Assembly (NCBI GenBank): GCA_000934665.2
Contig: JYFJ02001217.1
Span: 62,001 to 87,013 of the forward strand
DNA from: Catajapyx aquilonaris
Lineage: Eukaryota
DNA length: 25,013 nucleotides
Direction: 5' to 3'
The notes below the pieces were generated by a model. That model was given only the letters and a program-made list of their open reading frames with translations. It did not search any database and was not told where the DNA came from. The translations under genes and the position numbers were made by a program. Below are positions 22,950-25,013 of the stretch, piece after piece. Position 1 is the first letter of the stretch; each line of letters opens with the position of its first letter.

Positions 22950-24030
22950 TACATTAACCCTGCATTACAAATTCGGGTCACGATAATACCAACAGTTCGC
23001 ATTGTACAACGGTTCACCCACAAGGACCCATCAGCAAATTGGAAAAAAATTCATGGAAATTCCGGCAGAGTAACCCAATATCTCATTGATTTGAACCTTT
23101 CCCATCCAGGTTCAGCTGTAATCGATTGGAATGCTCAACGGCTGAATTTAACTATAGCCAACAGACTAACATTTTTGTTCCCAGAAACGGTGACCACGTT
23201 GCACTGCTCCTTCTTCACTCCTTACAATTTTGCAGCACTTGCCACCTCCTACGTCCTACCCAAGAAACATACCCAATGCAATTCCATAGTGCATGTGTTC
23301 TGTATACTGTATGTATAGCCCTAACAATACGTTAGTCATAATTATTTTCCACTGGCATATCACTTGGGGAAAAAACCCGCAATTTCTCATCTTTCTGAAG
23401 TGATAGCTGAGTTCATATGACATATCCAATGATTTTATGATGTTCCACGCGTGGATAGCACAGAAAGTGCGGCCAAAACGCTAGCTTTGGGCTTCAATTC
23501 TAGTTCCAAGCAAGTCGGTGTGGCCAAGACCGGATCGATGACGCATAATACTGTATCCTACAAAGCGGACACTTTCCAACGCAAAGCTGCAGTGAGCTTA
23601 CGCACACAAGACTAAATGCAAATTAGCTACGCATCCACATCAAAGCACTGATTACGACAAAGAACGTGTGTTCTATAGAAATCTCGTCTATATACTTGTA
23701 TACTCCACTACCAGACCCCAACCTCAGCCCCTGCGCGGACACCTCCATCAGGCCCAATCAAACTGGGAGTCCTTAGATAATGTCCTTGGAGGAGATTACC
23801 ATCCCTCACATTGTTTACGCCCTGCTCTGTTCAAGAAACTTGACCGTAAACTCAGGCTTTGACAGTCCAAAAGATGTTCTTGAATGAAAAACGTGGAGTG
23901 CACGTCACCGATATCATTTGCTTCAATTTATATCCTGGGCGAGTCTCAGTATCACCCGCAAGTTAATTAATTCCCATCATGGTTTTTTAAACGACGGTGC
24001 TGGGTGGGAAGTGGCAGGGCAGCAGTGCAG
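22950..24030 (-). pseudogene. IR pseudogene Q (S1 to start of S2)
   Basis: RLKNHDG..LRVI ~23948-23996; FTVKF; PDGG...GAEVG ~23716-23754; FAFS; AF.PHF..AW.II; IALGMFLG(*) ~23256-23282 (pore); SGN..VSLLAIVKF..FQSI ~23123-23187; ILGY.AG..NFF. Confidence 0.65.
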
Positions 24031-24129
24031 GACTACACCCATTCTCTCTTCAATGATATACCCTGGTTACGTTTCCGACAATTTGGGCTCATCTGATATA
24101 GACGCCATGATGTCAGGAATGTTTATTTA

Positions 24130-25013
24130 GCGTAATTATTGCCCGGCGGGGAGAAGGGTACGAGAACTCTATGAGCGGAGCCCTCTACCCTGAAAAAAAG
24201 GTTGGCGGATCCCCCTAGCTGATACTAAGTTACAACCTAGTAATTCTGCGGTGCAGATTGCGTGGCGAACACAGCCTCGTCCACTTCCATGGATGAAGGC
24301 AGCCAAACGGAACGTCCTGAAGCATCGTCTACAACACCACCCCTCTTTCACCTCCCTATTCACATCTGACTGAGCTCGAATCCCCTGAATTTCATTAGAC
24401 TCCATTGATGCTTCGAATGCTCTACCCCTGTCGTATATAAAAATGTACATGTCGATGGAAATAGGTCCTAAAGCTGCAATCAATCACGCGGACAATGGCG
24501 TCTGATAGAGCTTACACATAAGTTATCCTTGTTGAGTAACAGCTCGAGTCCCCTCTTCCACCCATTGACCTTGGTTTTTGAACCGCCCTCGCGTCATCTA
24601 CGAGGTCAAGGAGGGGTATGTCCAATTTGGCTTTCAGCACGCACACGGCACAATCGCGGTCACCTTCTTCGGGCCACATCCAGCTCGTTTCACGCTTCAT
24701 GTAACGCATCACGTTGTCAGTGAGACACTAATTACGCTTAATGCGTATGCTGCTGTGTCATTATGTTTAGAGTGAGACAATTCTCCGTGGTATCCTGCGT
24801 GTATGCCAACTTGAGCTAAGTTATTAGTACTTCCAGGTTGTCCATGGCTTGATAACAACAGTGACAATTTCTTCTGGAAGCGCAGACAATATAAACGACC
24901 AAAGAAAGTGCTTCAACCCCAATGATCCTATTCACCCTTAAACCGGTAATTCCATTCGCCCAAATCATATTCAGATCCAATCCCTGGTTCACACGCGAGG
25001 GTCATGCGGGGGG
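24130..25013 (-). pseudogene. iGluR/IR pseudogene R (pore to last TM; 5' part beyond the window)
   Basis: VNQGLD ~24975-24992; RIIG; LWSF; (Y)TNNLA ~24814-24829; RIPRRIVSL; EEG(L)ELLL ~24534-24558; YV..SD; DVNREVKEG.GVVDD ~24324-24368; VW; VVT(*)YQLGG ~24210-24236. Confidence 0.7.

Noticed and set aside
24512..24712. MKRETSWMWPEEGD resembling a DNA-transposase C-terminal WP..D motif
   Set aside because: No transposase core or TIRs nearby, and the segment lies between M3 and EEG of copy R.
1..25013. CRISPR arrays, rRNA/tRNA, operons, integrons or viral genes
   Set aside because: No regular repeat-spacer pattern, no RNA-gene signatures and no dense coding. The sequence texture is eukaryotic.

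Overview
Eukaryotic, most likely protostome/arthropod, genomic DNA. I found no intact protein-coding gene, RNA gene or prokaryotic system. The ORF track looks like noise. However, reading the minus strand across frames shows a dense head-to-tail array of about 18 heavily decayed, apparently intronless ionotropic-receptor (IR, variant iGluR family) pseudogenes or fragments, all on the minus strand and running off both edges of the window. Each copy keeps a subset of the IR/iGluR landmarks in the expected order and roughly the expected spacing: FP..K/N..G..LRV, G.(E/D)I.LL..LA..L.F, NG.W.G.IG, AD(I)...R..VDF, PF..VW (TM1), pore (L..QG), M3 YT.NL, S2 EEG and GIA..KGS, G.LD..W, and the last TM. 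All assignments are manual motif reading across frameshifts and stops, so boundaries are approximate and need a profile search. Younger insertions sit on top of the decay: Tc1/mariner-type MITEs with CAGGGTG termini, a perfect (TTC)20 microsatellite, and poly-C runs with Ns. A few TAAT-rich spacers lack IR motifs.
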